Shown: positions 26,525-35,230 of the stretch, piece by piece
Layout of the letters: every line of letters begins with the position of its first letter
Position numbering within the stretch: the stretch's first letter is position 1
Origin: Hadesarchaea archaeon
GTDB lineage: Archaea > Hadarchaeota > Hadarchaeia > Hadarchaeales > WYZ-LMO6
Length of the DNA stretch: 39,607 nt
Direction: 5' to 3'
NCBI GenBank assembly: GCA_029259185.1
Contig: JAPDJF010000017.1
Span: forward strand, 1 to 39,607
Notes under the pieces: model-generated
Database searches by the model: none
What the model was told of the DNA's origin: nothing
What the model saw: only the letters and a program-made list of their open reading frames with translations
Translations under genes and position numbers: made by a program

Positions 26525-27853
26525 TCAGAGGGAGGGCAGGAGATTGGTAATCTCCCAATCAGTCACTTGACCTCTATACACCTCCCACTCTTTTTCCTTG
26601 ATGTATAGGAAGTGCTCGAACAGAAATTCGCCAAGGGCCTCTCTTATGAGAGCACTTTCCCTCATGTGATCCAAGGCCTCTCCAAGACTTTTTGGGAGGG
26701 GATATGCGCGGAGGGCCTTTCTCTCTTCTTCACTCATCCGGAAGATGTTTTTTTCCACGGGTTCGGGAGGGGATAGTCTCTCTTTTATCCCTCTGAGACC
26801 CGCGGCGAGCATGACTGTGAACTGAAGGTATGGGTTCCCCGCGGGATCCGGGCTCCGTAGCTCTATCCTGGTTCGGTCCCCCCTCCCCGAGGGCACCCGG
26901 ATGTAGGCACTTCGGTTCCTGTTTGCCCATGAGACGTAAACGGGGGCACCATAGCCCGGGACGAGTCTTTTGTAAGAGTTCACCGAGGGAGCCAAGATCG
27001 CACACATCTCCTTAGCGTATTTCAGCAACCCCCCAATGAAGTGCAGGGCGGTTTTACTGAGCTGATACTCTCCTTTGGGATCATGGAACACATTTTTTCC
27101 CTCTGGGGTCATCAGAGACATGTGGGTGTGCATTCCAGAGCCGTTTACTCCATAGATGGGTTTAGGCATGAAAGTCGCGAAGAGACCGTGTTTGTGTGCA
27201 ATCACCTTGATCGCGTATTTCGTGGTGACCACCCGGTCAGCCGAGGTGAGCGCATCGCAATATCGAAAGTCAATTTCGTGTTGTCCCGGGGCTACTTCGT
27301 GATGGGAAGCCTCGATTTCAAACCCCATGGCGTTTAAATGAGATACTACCTCCTTCCTTATTTCGTCTCCTCGGTCTCTCGTGAGGTCGAAGTATCCACC
27401 GAAATCAGAGGGTTTGGTGATGGGATTTCCCTTCTCATCGAGGACTAAAAGGAAAAACTCGTATTCTGGGGCCGTGTAAAAGATATATCCCATTTTTCTA
27501 GCCTTATCGAGTACTCTTTGGAGGGCATATCTTGGGTCCCCCTCAAATCTGTTGTTCCTGTGGTCGTAGACATCACATATCATTCTCCCAGTCTTTAGCT
27601 CTCCCTTGGTCCAAGAAAGTACGGCAAAAGTCCTTAAATCGGGCACGAGGCGCATGTCGGATTCCTCCACGGTGGGGTATCCGAAAATGGAGGATCCATC
27701 GAAGAAGATTCCCTCTTCCATAGCTTTCTCCAACTTGCTTACAGGGATTGTGATGTTCTTCACAGTCCCCACGATATCCATAAACTGTAGCTGAACGAAC
27801 CTTACACCCAAATTTTCGGCAGTTTTGAGAACTTTTTTCCTCTCTTCTTTCAT
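26525..27853 (-). CDS. glnA: Glutamine synthetase family protein (type I-like, altered Glu flap)
   Basis: FDGSSI, ESDM, PEYEFF, HHEVAPGQHEI, FMPKP..G.NGSGMH.H, NSYKRL, RNRS..IRVP, RIELR.PDP..NPY; start moved to ATG 27853. Confidence 0.8.
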   Translation of the reverse strand: MKEERKKVLKTAENLGVRFVQLQFMDIVGTVKNITIPVSKLEKAMEEGIFFDGSSIFGYPTVEESDMRLVPDLRTFAVLSWTKGELKTGRMICDVYDHRNNRFEGDPRYALQRVLDKARKMGYIFYTAPEYEFFLLVLDEKGNPITKPSDFGGYFDLTRDRGDEIRKEVVSHLNAMGFEIEASHHEVAPGQHEIDFRYCDALTSADRVVTTKYAIKVIAHKHGLFATFMPKPIYGVNGSGMHTHMSLMTPEGKNVFHDPKGEYQLSKTALHFIGGLLKYAKEMCAILAPSVNSYKRLVPGYGAPVYVSWANRNRSAYIRVPSGRGDRTRIELRSPDPAGNPYLQFTVMLAAGLRGIKERLSPPEPVEKNIFRMSEEERKALRAYPLPKSLGEALDHMRESALIREALGEFLFEHFLYIKEKEWEVYRGQVTDWEITNLLPSL

Positions 27854-28024
27854 CAGTAGGTAATTAGCAGAGAATGATTTAATCCCACCGGCAGGAAACT
27901 TTTCGGATGGGGAAGTCTCTATCCGGCGTTCCGACTTCGACCACGTTCGCTTGGCAAGTTCCCTATAGGGTGGGAGTAGTTCACGTGATTCACTCTTGCG
28001 AGGTTTTTCCAAGGTGATGTGAGC

Positions 28025-28588
28025 TCATTTCAGTTTCTCTCGCCATTTGAACCGATTTGAGTTGACGAAGTATAGGATCGTGGCGATGGTTTTGGCATCC
28101 ATCACCTCGTTGAGGTCTATCATTTGGATGGCTTTCTCCAACGAGACTTCGATTACCTCGATTTCCTCTCCGAGATCTGGATGATACGTGCCCGGGTTGA
28201 GATCGAAAGCCACAAAGGAATGTAGTTTTTCGGTACTGTATCCTGGAGCTAGGTACATCTCGAAAAGTTTTAAGATTTTTCCAGCTTTGTATCCCGTTTC
28301 TTCCTCGAGTTCTCTCTCAGCACACTCGCGAGGGTTCTCCCCTGGTTCAAGTGTTCCGGCAGGTATCTCGTATATCCATCTTCCTATTGCAGGCCTGTAC
28401 TGCTTTAACATCACTATTTTGTTCTCCTTTAGTATGGGCAATATGGCTACTGCCCCTCTGTGCTCGACGATCTCCCTTATGGTGACTTTTCCGGAGGGCA
28501 GGGCGAAGGTCGTCACCTTCACCGAGACTCGTTTCCCACGAAAGACGTATCGAGATTCTAGTTCTTTCCCACCTCTCGATTTCCTCAA
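28025..28588 (-). CDS. NUDIX hydrolase, ADP-ribose pyrophosphatase-like
   Basis: QYRPA, EIPAGTLEPGE....AERELEEETG NUDIX box, PG.STE, DAKT. Confidence 0.9.
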   Translation of the reverse strand: MRKSRGGKELESRYVFRGKRVSVKVTTFALPSGKVTIREIVEHRGAVAILPILKENKIVMLKQYRPAIGRWIYEIPAGTLEPGENPRECAERELEEETGYKAGKILKLFEMYLAPGYSTEKLHSFVAFDLNPGTYHPDLGEEIEVIEVSLEKAIQMIDLNEVMDAKTIATILYFVNSNRFKWREKLK

Positions 28589-29904
28589 GGAAAGAGCCTC
28601 CGTCTGTCTCTCGGGAAAAGGACCACTTCTCGTATGTTGTTCAGACCGGTCAGAACCATCATCAAACGATCCAACCCCAGACCAAATCCTGCGTGGGGTG
28701 GCATTCCATATCGGAAATTCTTGAGGTGGGACTCAAAGCTCTCTGGCTTCAGCCCCTTTTCCTTGAGCCGTTTCACCAAGAGTTCCTCCCGGTGAATTCT
28801 AGTTCCACCCGAAGCCAGCTCGAGTCCCCCATACATCAGATCGAATGCTTGGCAAAGATGCGGAGCATCCTCTTTCGGCTCGATGTAAAATGGCTTGATG
28901 GTGGTGGGCCAGTCGGTGATGAAGAAGGCTCCGCCCATCAGTTCACCGAGTGTCCGTTCTGCGGGGGTTGGAATATCCTCTCCCCATGGAATCTTCATGC
29001 CTACGGAATCCAACTTTTTGAGCACTTCATCATAGGAAATACGGGTAAACGGTTTCTGTGGGATCTCCAGATCCCTTCCCAGCACACCCAGTTCGTGGGA
29101 GCATGTTGTTTTTACATGGGAGAACACTTCCACTATCATATCCTCCAAAATCTTCATCACATCGTCTTGGGTCACAAATGCGGCTTCTATGTCAACCGAA
29201 GTTGTTTCGTTCAGGTGTCTCGGAGTGTCGTGTTCCTCTGCGCGAAATATGGGACCTATCTCGAAGACACGGTCTAAACAACCGGTTAATACTTCTTTGT
29301 ATAGCTGTGGGCTTTGGCTCAGAAAGGCTTCTTTCTCGAAATAAGTTACTGGGAACAGGGCAGCTCCACTTTCGGTAGCTGTAGCAACTATTTTTGGGGT
29401 CTGGACCTCGATGAATCCTCTTTTGGTAAGGAATTCTCTTATCTTTTTCGTCACTTCATGTTTCATTTTGAATATGGCTTTCTGTCTGGGGTGGCGGAGG
29501 TCCAGCAGACGAGCGTCAAGTCGCGTGTCTAGATTCGATTTTATCCTTCCAGTGGGGTCCAAGGGGAGAGGGGTGATCGCTTCGTTTAAAACCTTCAATT
29601 CCTCGGGGATAACCTCTATTCCTCGGGGCGCTTGTTTGGCGATCACTACTTTTCCCTTCACTGCAACGGATGATTGAGGGGTCAATTTATCGATCTTTTG
29701 AAAAACGTGTTCGCAAACTTTGGATCTTGGGGCAGTTATTTGAACGAATCCTTCTCTGTCATGGAGAGTGAAAAATTTTAGTCCCCCTAGGTCACGCACG
29801 TTTCCCACGAATCCCATCAGGATGACCCTTTCATCTTTGAGTTCTTGGGTTAGCTGGTTCGTGAAATGCGTTCTCCTCCAGTCTTCCAAACTGAACAGAT
29901 CCAT
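28585..29904 (-). CDS. aspS: Aspartyl-tRNA synthetase, archaeal type (probably non-discriminating)
   Basis: RDLGG OB fold, RLD.R.LDLR, LSQSPQLYK, FRAEEH.T.RHLNE, YGMPPHAGFGLGLDRL, FPRD. Confidence 0.95.
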   Translation of the reverse strand: MDLFSLEDWRRTHFTNQLTQELKDERVILMGFVGNVRDLGGLKFFTLHDREGFVQITAPRSKVCEHVFQKIDKLTPQSSVAVKGKVVIAKQAPRGIEVIPEELKVLNEAITPLPLDPTGRIKSNLDTRLDARLLDLRHPRQKAIFKMKHEVTKKIREFLTKRGFIEVQTPKIVATATESGAALFPVTYFEKEAFLSQSPQLYKEVLTGCLDRVFEIGPIFRAEEHDTPRHLNETTSVDIEAAFVTQDDVMKILEDMIVEVFSHVKTTCSHELGVLGRDLEIPQKPFTRISYDEVLKKLDSVGMKIPWGEDIPTPAERTLGELMGGAFFITDWPTTIKPFYIEPKEDAPHLCQAFDLMYGGLELASGGTRIHREELLVKRLKEKGLKPESFESHLKNFRYGMPPHAGFGLGLDRLMMVLTGLNNIREVVLFPRDRRRLFP

Positions 29905-29968
29905 ATCTTAAAAGATGGGTGTCAAAGGGTAAAAAAACAGAAGAAAAATGGAATCTCGGAAAAAGCTT

Positions 29969-30265
29969 TTAGCTTTTTCCGAGCACTATCTCTATCGTTG
30001 ATACGTTGATTTTGTCGCCGCTTTCAGTCTGCACTTCTTCAGTTCCAATTGCGATGTTTTTGGGGACCAACCCTTGAATGAAGCGGTTCCTCAGAATCTC
30101 TGCCACATCTACAGCTCTGCTTATTGCCTTGCCTCTAGCCTTCAACACGACTTCGTTGCCGCCCTCGTTAAATTGGGTGATGGCTGCTAACACGTAGTTC
30201 ATCACCGGTTTGGTCCCCACATAGACTGCATTTTCAGCGGCGCCTTTTTCCGATCCTGCTGCCAT
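29969..30265 (-). CDS. albA: DNA/RNA-binding protein Alba
   Basis: [39 protein letters not shown]. Confidence 0.97.
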   Translation of the reverse strand: MAAGSEKGAAENAVYVGTKPVMNYVLAAITQFNEGGNEVVLKARGKAISRAVDVAEILRNRFIQGLVPKNIAIGTEEVQTESGDKINVSTIEIVLGKS

Positions 30266-30331
30266 ATCATGCCTCCTTGTTTTTTGATTGGTTGTAGGGG
30301 AAAATAATATAAATACATATCCTTTGGCTTC

Positions 30332-30775
30332 TCAGCTTAGCCCCTTCGTAAGGATAGCGATTCTTTTCTCTATCCGCTCTCTGATCTCTTCGATATCCCT
30401 TTCACCCCTCCGCATAGACACGTAATCTTCTAGATCCTCGAGAATGAGTTCAGCTATTTCTACGTCTAGGATTCCAGCGTAAATGGATAATTCCAAAGTG
30501 TAAAATGCACGCATGATGGTATCTAGTCCTCTTCTCCACCTTTTCCAGACTCCGGATCTTCCCATCTTCATCACTTTAGCGATTTTCTCGAAGTTCACGT
30601 TTTCTTCTAAGTAAAAAAGGAGGAGAATTTCAAAGGTTCTTTCGTTTAGTAGTGATTTTTCTAGGAGTATTCTCGCTAATGGGCTTTTTTTTAGCCAATT
30701 TTTTGCTAGTTGTTCGTTTTTCTTCCTCATTTCCCCTTTTAAAATTACATCGATTGGGTCTAATAATGTTTCCAA
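30332..30775 (-). CDS. Hypothetical HTH-containing protein
   Basis: FEKIAKVMKMGRSGVWKRWRR helix-turn-helix; AT-rich 5' part; upstream of and co-oriented with alba. Confidence 0.7.
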   Translation of the reverse strand: METLLDPIDVILKGEMRKKNEQLAKNWLKKSPLARILLEKSLLNERTFEILLLFYLEENVNFEKIAKVMKMGRSGVWKRWRRGLDTIMRAFYTLELSIYAGILDVEIAELILEDLEDYVSMRRGERDIEEIRERIEKRIAILTKGLS

Positions 30776-30818
30776 TTTTTGGAAACAGGAGAATTTTGGG
30801 GATCCTTTTTCTAAAAGA

Positions 30819-30951
30819 TGTAGGAAATAAGCCTACGGTGGATGAAATCCTACATGGGAGGGCTGAAGTGGCGTATCCCAACACTTTAATGTAGGCGAAT
30901 GGTCTACAATGTAGGAGAAAAGCCTACAAAAATGTAGGCCAAAAGCCAACG
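30819..30951. repeat. Array of five imperfect palindromes, consensus TGTAGG-N7-CCTACA
   Basis: 30819-30837, 30836-30854 (inverted, degenerate), 30890-30908, 30910-30928, 30933-30951. Confidence 0.85.
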
Positions 30952-30958
30952 GAGAACC

Positions 30959-31564
30959 ATGATGGAAATAGCGAAGTTCGTTCCGTCGGAAATGAGGATG
31001 AAAATAGTTAGAGATATAATCGAAAAAATCGGAATCCGTCCAGTTTCAAATTCAGTTGGGGTCAACTCTAAAACAGTTTACAAGTATAAGCTAAGGGAAG
31101 CGGTTCCAAAAGATGAAACTTTCGCTAAACTTCTGGAGCTCCTGAGGGAGAGGGATCCACCAACTTTCGATAAGTATGTGCGGGAGTTGGAGCGGGAATT
31201 TTTCCATGCGCTGGGTTTGATTTCAGCCACCCCGAAGATTGGGAATGGATGGAGAGAAACTCCTCTTCCTCCCCAAGCAAGGGCTGAACAGAAGGGAGAA
31301 GTCAAGCGATCTGAGATAGAGGTGTCTAGGTTTGAGATATATGAGAGATTGGGCATTCAGAGTCCACTCGAGCGGATGGGATTAGCAAAAATTTTGGGGA
31401 TCTTACAAGGGCTTAGAGAATTCAGACTGGAGGATCTCGAAAGAAAAATAATATTGCCAAGACATGTGGTGGAGAAATACGTGGAAATGCTGGTGAAGCA
31501 CGGCTATCTCAGAGAAACCCCAAGAGGCACATACGAGGTTTTAGTTAGACTCAAGTTCGGGTGA
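30959..31564 (+). CDS. Two-domain DNA-binding protein (N-terminal HTH, Pro-rich linker, C-terminal winged helix)
   Basis: IRPVSNSVGVNSKTVYKYKLREAVPKDE (Xre-like HTH); LEDLERK...VVEKYVEMLVKHGYLRETPRGTYEV (wHTH). Confidence 0.7.
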   Translation: MMEIAKFVPSEMRMKIVRDIIEKIGIRPVSNSVGVNSKTVYKYKLREAVPKDETFAKLLELLRERDPPTFDKYVRELEREFFHALGLISATPKIGNGWRETPLPPQARAEQKGEVKRSEIEVSRFEIYERLGIQSPLERMGLAKILGILQGLREFRLEDLERKIILPRHVVEKYVEMLVKHGYLRETPRGTYEVLVRLKFG

Positions 31565-31568
31565 TGGG

Positions 31569-32504
31569 TTGGAAGGAGGACTGAATAAATTCAAGCTGAA
31601 TGGGTTTGAACGCAAAAAGAACTCTTTTCTCAAGAAATTTGGATGGAGAGTCATGCCCTTTGCCCAGACGGATCCACTCCCGGATCCAAGACTCTTGGTC
31701 CCCCACCAAGTGGACGAAGTGATCAAACTCATTGACTTAATCCAGGAAGGGGATTTGGTTACGTTCGTAGTTTCCGATGTTGGTATGGGAAAAACTGCAC
31801 TTTGCAAATTTCTATCTGAGGTTTTGCCGCTTGAGCGCTCAGACGTTCTGACGGTGTTTGTTCCGGCTCAGTCGATTGAGACCCCAGAGCAGATGGTGCG
31901 TCTTTTGCTCAACAGGCTGGAAATCGAGTTCCAGCGGGGGGACTTGGTAGAAGAATTTGAGCGTTTCTATAGGTGGCATCAAAGTTATCCGGACCTTCGG
32001 TTGGTGGTATTCGTGGACGAGTTTCCCGAACTAGATGTGAGGGTAGCCGAGATGATACGAGTGTTGGCTGATCTGCGCAATGTCAACTGGGTTTTGAACG
32101 GTCAGAAAGATCGGGTTCTAAAATACTTGGAGAAGAACGTGCCTTCCCTTCTGAATAGGAGGAGGTATATGCTGGAAATGAAGCCCCTAAATTTAGATGA
32201 GGTTCGGGATTTGCTAGCTCTACGTATCGCTTGGGCGAAGGGGACAGATCTCACCCATGGGGCGCTTTCCATAGCTCCCTTCACTTTGCCGGCCATAAAG
32301 AAAATTTACAAACTTTCTGGTGGGATACCGAGAGAGGCTCTCAAAATCGCTAGCGATGCCGTGTACTCTGCGATCGAGCGAGGGGTATCCATCATAACCC
32401 CCAAACTTGTGTCTGGTCCGAGATCGGGAAAGGGATCCAAGCGCAAAAGCAAAAGGGCTGGAAAGTCGAGGCAGAGATTTCTAAGATTTTTTGGGAGGAA
32501 ATGA
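31569..32504 (+). CDS. AAA+ ATPase, ExeA/GspA-like
   Basis: N-terminal FLKKFGW..MPF; Walker A SDVGMGKT; Walker B VVFVDE; L..R arginine finger; SGGIPRE sensor II; basic tail. Confidence 0.8.
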   Translation: MEGGLNKFKLNGFERKKNSFLKKFGWRVMPFAQTDPLPDPRLLVPHQVDEVIKLIDLIQEGDLVTFVVSDVGMGKTALCKFLSEVLPLERSDVLTVFVPAQSIETPEQMVRLLLNRLEIEFQRGDLVEEFERFYRWHQSYPDLRLVVFVDEFPELDVRVAEMIRVLADLRNVNWVLNGQKDRVLKYLEKNVPSLLNRRRYMLEMKPLNLDEVRDLLALRIAWAKGTDLTHGALSIAPFTLPAIKKIYKLSGGIPREALKIASDAVYSAIERGVSIITPKLVSGPRSGKGSKRKSKRAGKSRQRFLRFFGRK

Positions 32505-33222
32505 AAAGTATAAACGGTTAACAGAGTTTCTCAATTTAGTGTTGCCCAAATTCGATTTCCACGTGCACACGATTTATTCAGATGGCTCCGCCCCCCCAGA
32601 GCGGATCGTAGAAATTGCGGAGAAGAGAGGATTGAAGGCGGTGGCGATTACAGACCATGGCCCGGGGTTGAGTGTAGGAGCAGAACCATCGAAGTTCCTG
32701 ATACTCGCTCAGGATGTCAGAGTAATCCGAGAGGAGACGGAGATACAGGTACTCGCGGGGGTGGAGAGCAACATAACTCCAGATGGGAACTTAGACATGG
32801 GTGAGGAAATTCTAAGAGAACTGGACTTGGTGACGGCAGGAGTGCACTACCTGAGATCAGGAAACTGTGAGGAACAAGCGATGGAATATATGAGAGTGGT
32901 CAGAAAGGCATTGCAATCCCATAAGTTCGATGTACTCGTTCACCCCTTGTATTACAATAAATACCTTCTTCCTTGGATTCCTCCGGAGGATATCGAGGAG
33001 TTCATTCAAGAGCTAGCCCGGGCGGGTGTTGCCGTGGAGTTGAATTCTAAGTACCATACTCCTGATAAAACGTTCATCCAAGAATGCCTGCGAGAAGGAG
33101 TAAAAGTGAGTGTCGGCACGGATGCTCACCATACGGAGGAGGTCGGTAGAATAGAATGGCAACTTTCCCTGTTGAATCGGGTGGGCGTCAGAAGAGAAGA
33201 TTTAGTGGTCGACCTGATTTAG
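32491..33222 (+). CDS. PHP domain phosphoesterase (YcdX/HisK/PolX-PHP-like)
   Basis: DFHVHTIYSDG, AITDH, GVE, GVH, LVHP, ELN, GTDAH; true start may be near 32539. Confidence 0.85.
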   Translation: MGGNEKYKRLTEFLNLVLPKFDFHVHTIYSDGSAPPERIVEIAEKRGLKAVAITDHGPGLSVGAEPSKFLILAQDVRVIREETEIQVLAGVESNITPDGNLDMGEEILRELDLVTAGVHYLRSGNCEEQAMEYMRVVRKALQSHKFDVLVHPLYYNKYLLPWIPPEDIEEFIQELARAGVAVELNSKYHTPDKTFIQECLREGVKVSVGTDAHHTEEVGRIEWQLSLLNRVGVRREDLVVDLI

Positions 33223-33225
33223 AGT

Positions 33226-33831
33226 TTAGGTTTCGAGTTTCTTCTCCTCGATTTCGCCCCCAGGCTCGATTTCGGTAAAAACCTGAGCTGAGAATTTGCT
33301 TATCCTAACGTCCTTTCGGAGCCAACAATCGGCACCTAATCCAGCTTTCATACAAGTTTGGCAGAGAAATTCCTCAGCGTCCCACTTCCATTCCACAGGG
33401 ACTTGGGGTAAGAGGAGTCCGGAAAAACCACCCCACTCCACGATCAGACCATCCCTACCTACTTTTACCAGTTTGGGATAGTCTCTCGGGTCTTTTACAC
33501 GGATGAGTTCGGGAGGAGTTAGCACGCTTACCTCAACCTTTATCTCCTTCATCTCCTCCAGATTAACCGGCGGGAACCTTGGGTCAGACCTTGCTGAGGA
33601 TATCGCGGCTTCTACTACGGCTTCGATTAACGGCAGTCGAGGAAGAGGGAAGCCGATACATCCCCTGAGTTCCTCACCTTTGGTGAGAGTAACGAATACT
33701 CCACAAGGTTCTCTGAACTTTTCCGGGAAGCTTCCGGGCATCGACTTCTTACCCGTTGTTAGGTATTCCTCAATGCTCTTTCGAGCCAATTTCACTAGGA
33801 ATCTCCCCTCTTCCAAGTTGAGCATTTTCAA
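33226..33831 (-). CDS. AMMECR1 domain protein (TIGR00296-type)
   Basis: GVFVTL..LRGCIG, DPRFPPV, EVSVLTPP, GLLLPQV, C.KAG. Confidence 0.92.
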   Translation of the reverse strand: MKMLNLEEGRFLVKLARKSIEEYLTTGKKSMPGSFPEKFREPCGVFVTLTKGEELRGCIGFPLPRLPLIEAVVEAAISSARSDPRFPPVNLEEMKEIKVEVSVLTPPELIRVKDPRDYPKLVKVGRDGLIVEWGGFSGLLLPQVPVEWKWDAEEFLCQTCMKAGLGADCWLRKDVRISKFSAQVFTEIEPGGEIEEKKLET

Positions 33832-34316
33832 TCTATCTCCCTTTCATATTCCGTGGCCATCTTCAATATACTTTCCCAGTGTTTCCCTTGCCAGTAGATT
33901 TTTCCGCATTGGGTGCACAGCCAGAACTTATCTTGCTTTGTAAAAACGGTAGCGGGAACCTTAGATTTTATCTCGGATTTGGGGGTAGAGATCAGCACAC
34001 CGTTGCACACCGGACATCGAGAATTCTTTGGATCTATCCATATCCTTTTTCCACATCTCTTAGATACCTCCACCAACTGCTTGACTACGTCCCTACCTCC
34101 AACGAAAACAACTTTGATCCCCTTCGTGGTTGCCCGCCTGTAGAGGATGATATCACCCGTTAAAAGGACACGGTGTTCTGTTTTCGCCTTTTCTATCAAG
34201 AAGGTGTCTTGGTTTTCTGCAGGGATTCCGAGGTCCCCGACATAAATCACATCACATCCAGCTAGACGAAGCCATCTACTGAGTTTCCCCAGCATCCCAT
34301 CGGTTAGGAATTTCAT
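33828..34316 (-). CDS. Mut7-C RNase (PIN-like plus zinc ribbon) protein
   Basis: FLTDGMLGKLSRWLRLAG, RVLLT.D, SRCPVCNG, C..CGKIYWQG.HW. Confidence 0.92.
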   Translation of the reverse strand: MKFLTDGMLGKLSRWLRLAGCDVIYVGDLGIPAENQDTFLIEKAKTEHRVLLTGDIILYRRATTKGIKVVFVGGRDVVKQLVEVSKRCGKRIWIDPKNSRCPVCNGVLISTPKSEIKSKVPATVFTKQDKFWLCTQCGKIYWQGKHWESILKMATEYEREID

Positions 34317-34456
34317 GGTTCAAGATATGCTTTGGTGAATGAGAAAAAAATCCTTTGATCCCCTTTAGCACCATGAGGTGGTCGGGGTCGGTCAATGGGC
34401 CCCTCGATGTGGGAAAGCCGCTGGAGGAGGATCCTTCTTTTGGGATCGCGGGTACA

Positions 34457-34559
34457 TTGGAAGTAGACACGATCTGTAGCTCGGATTTCGAAAAGAATGC
34501 CGAGCTGAGGTTCGGAGATTCACGTTTCCGAAGCAGATATCGTCGATCCACACTTCCAA
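34457..34559 (+). ncRNA. Candidate structured RNA (three-way junction), family unknown
   Basis: Nested stems TTGGAAGT/ACTTCCAA, ATCTGT/GCAGAT, AGCTCGG/CCGAGCT and TTCGGA/TCCGAA; downstream T-tract. Confidence 0.35.
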
Positions 34560-34642
34560 AATGGGACAGTTTTTAGTTTTGGTTCCGGGAAATCTTAGGA
34601 AAGTGGAAGAGGGAAGGTGTTTTCCAGCCAGGCATCTCATGG

Positions 34643-35206
34643 TCAACGCAATGCTTGAGCGAAACTTGTGGAGGGAATGATGATCTTTCCCTTTCCTCTT
34701 CCTATTTCGATGCTCCTGTCCCGGAGGTAAAACAGTGCAGTAATGGCCGCAATGCATGCGTCCACTTCATGTTTGTTCATATCCTTTTTTACTATCCACC
34801 CATTTCTTACGAGAGATTTTATCCACTCTTTTCTATCGGACTCCCTGAACAAAATCATCCCAGAAGTCCGGGGGTGAACCTCTATAACTTTGAACCCGCG
34901 TCTCCTAAGAGTCTGGCTTAAGGAAATTCCTCGATAGGTCAAGCTCCGCATTCCAGAGAACAGAGGTGGAAAAACCTTGAATCCGAGTTCGATGAGATGT
35001 TTATCCGCCGTTCGAAGAGTTCGACGGTGGGGAAGTGTCAAGGGAGCGTCTATTGCTATTAATTTCACCTTTTCACGCTCACAGATGTTTATTATTTCCT
35101 CATCTTCGTGCACTACCCTCGTCCTTAAGGTTTTATCCGAAAGCACAGCGATGCCGGTAGGATTTTTTTCCAGTCCCGCCAGATCCACTCCCATTACCTT
35201 TTTCAT
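34643..35206 (-). CDS. DUF429 family predicted nuclease (RNase H-like fold)
   Basis: GVDLAG...PTG, AIDAPL, R..D..L, M..LT.RG, IEVHP, HEVDA. Confidence 0.85.
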   Translation of the reverse strand: MKKVMGVDLAGLEKNPTGIAVLSDKTLRTRVVHEDEEIINICEREKVKLIAIDAPLTLPHRRTLRTADKHLIELGFKVFPPLFSGMRSLTYRGISLSQTLRRRGFKVIEVHPRTSGMILFRESDRKEWIKSLVRNGWIVKKDMNKHEVDACIAAITALFYLRDRSIEIGRGKGKIIIPSTSFAQALR

Positions 35207-35230
35207 GGTATCCCAAGAGAAGCTCTTTCA

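Noticed and set aside
30819-30951. CRISPR array or Cdc6 ORB repeats
   Set aside because: Units are 19 bp with 0-35 bp gaps and no spacers or cas genes; there is no TCCA..GAAA/G-string ORB consensus
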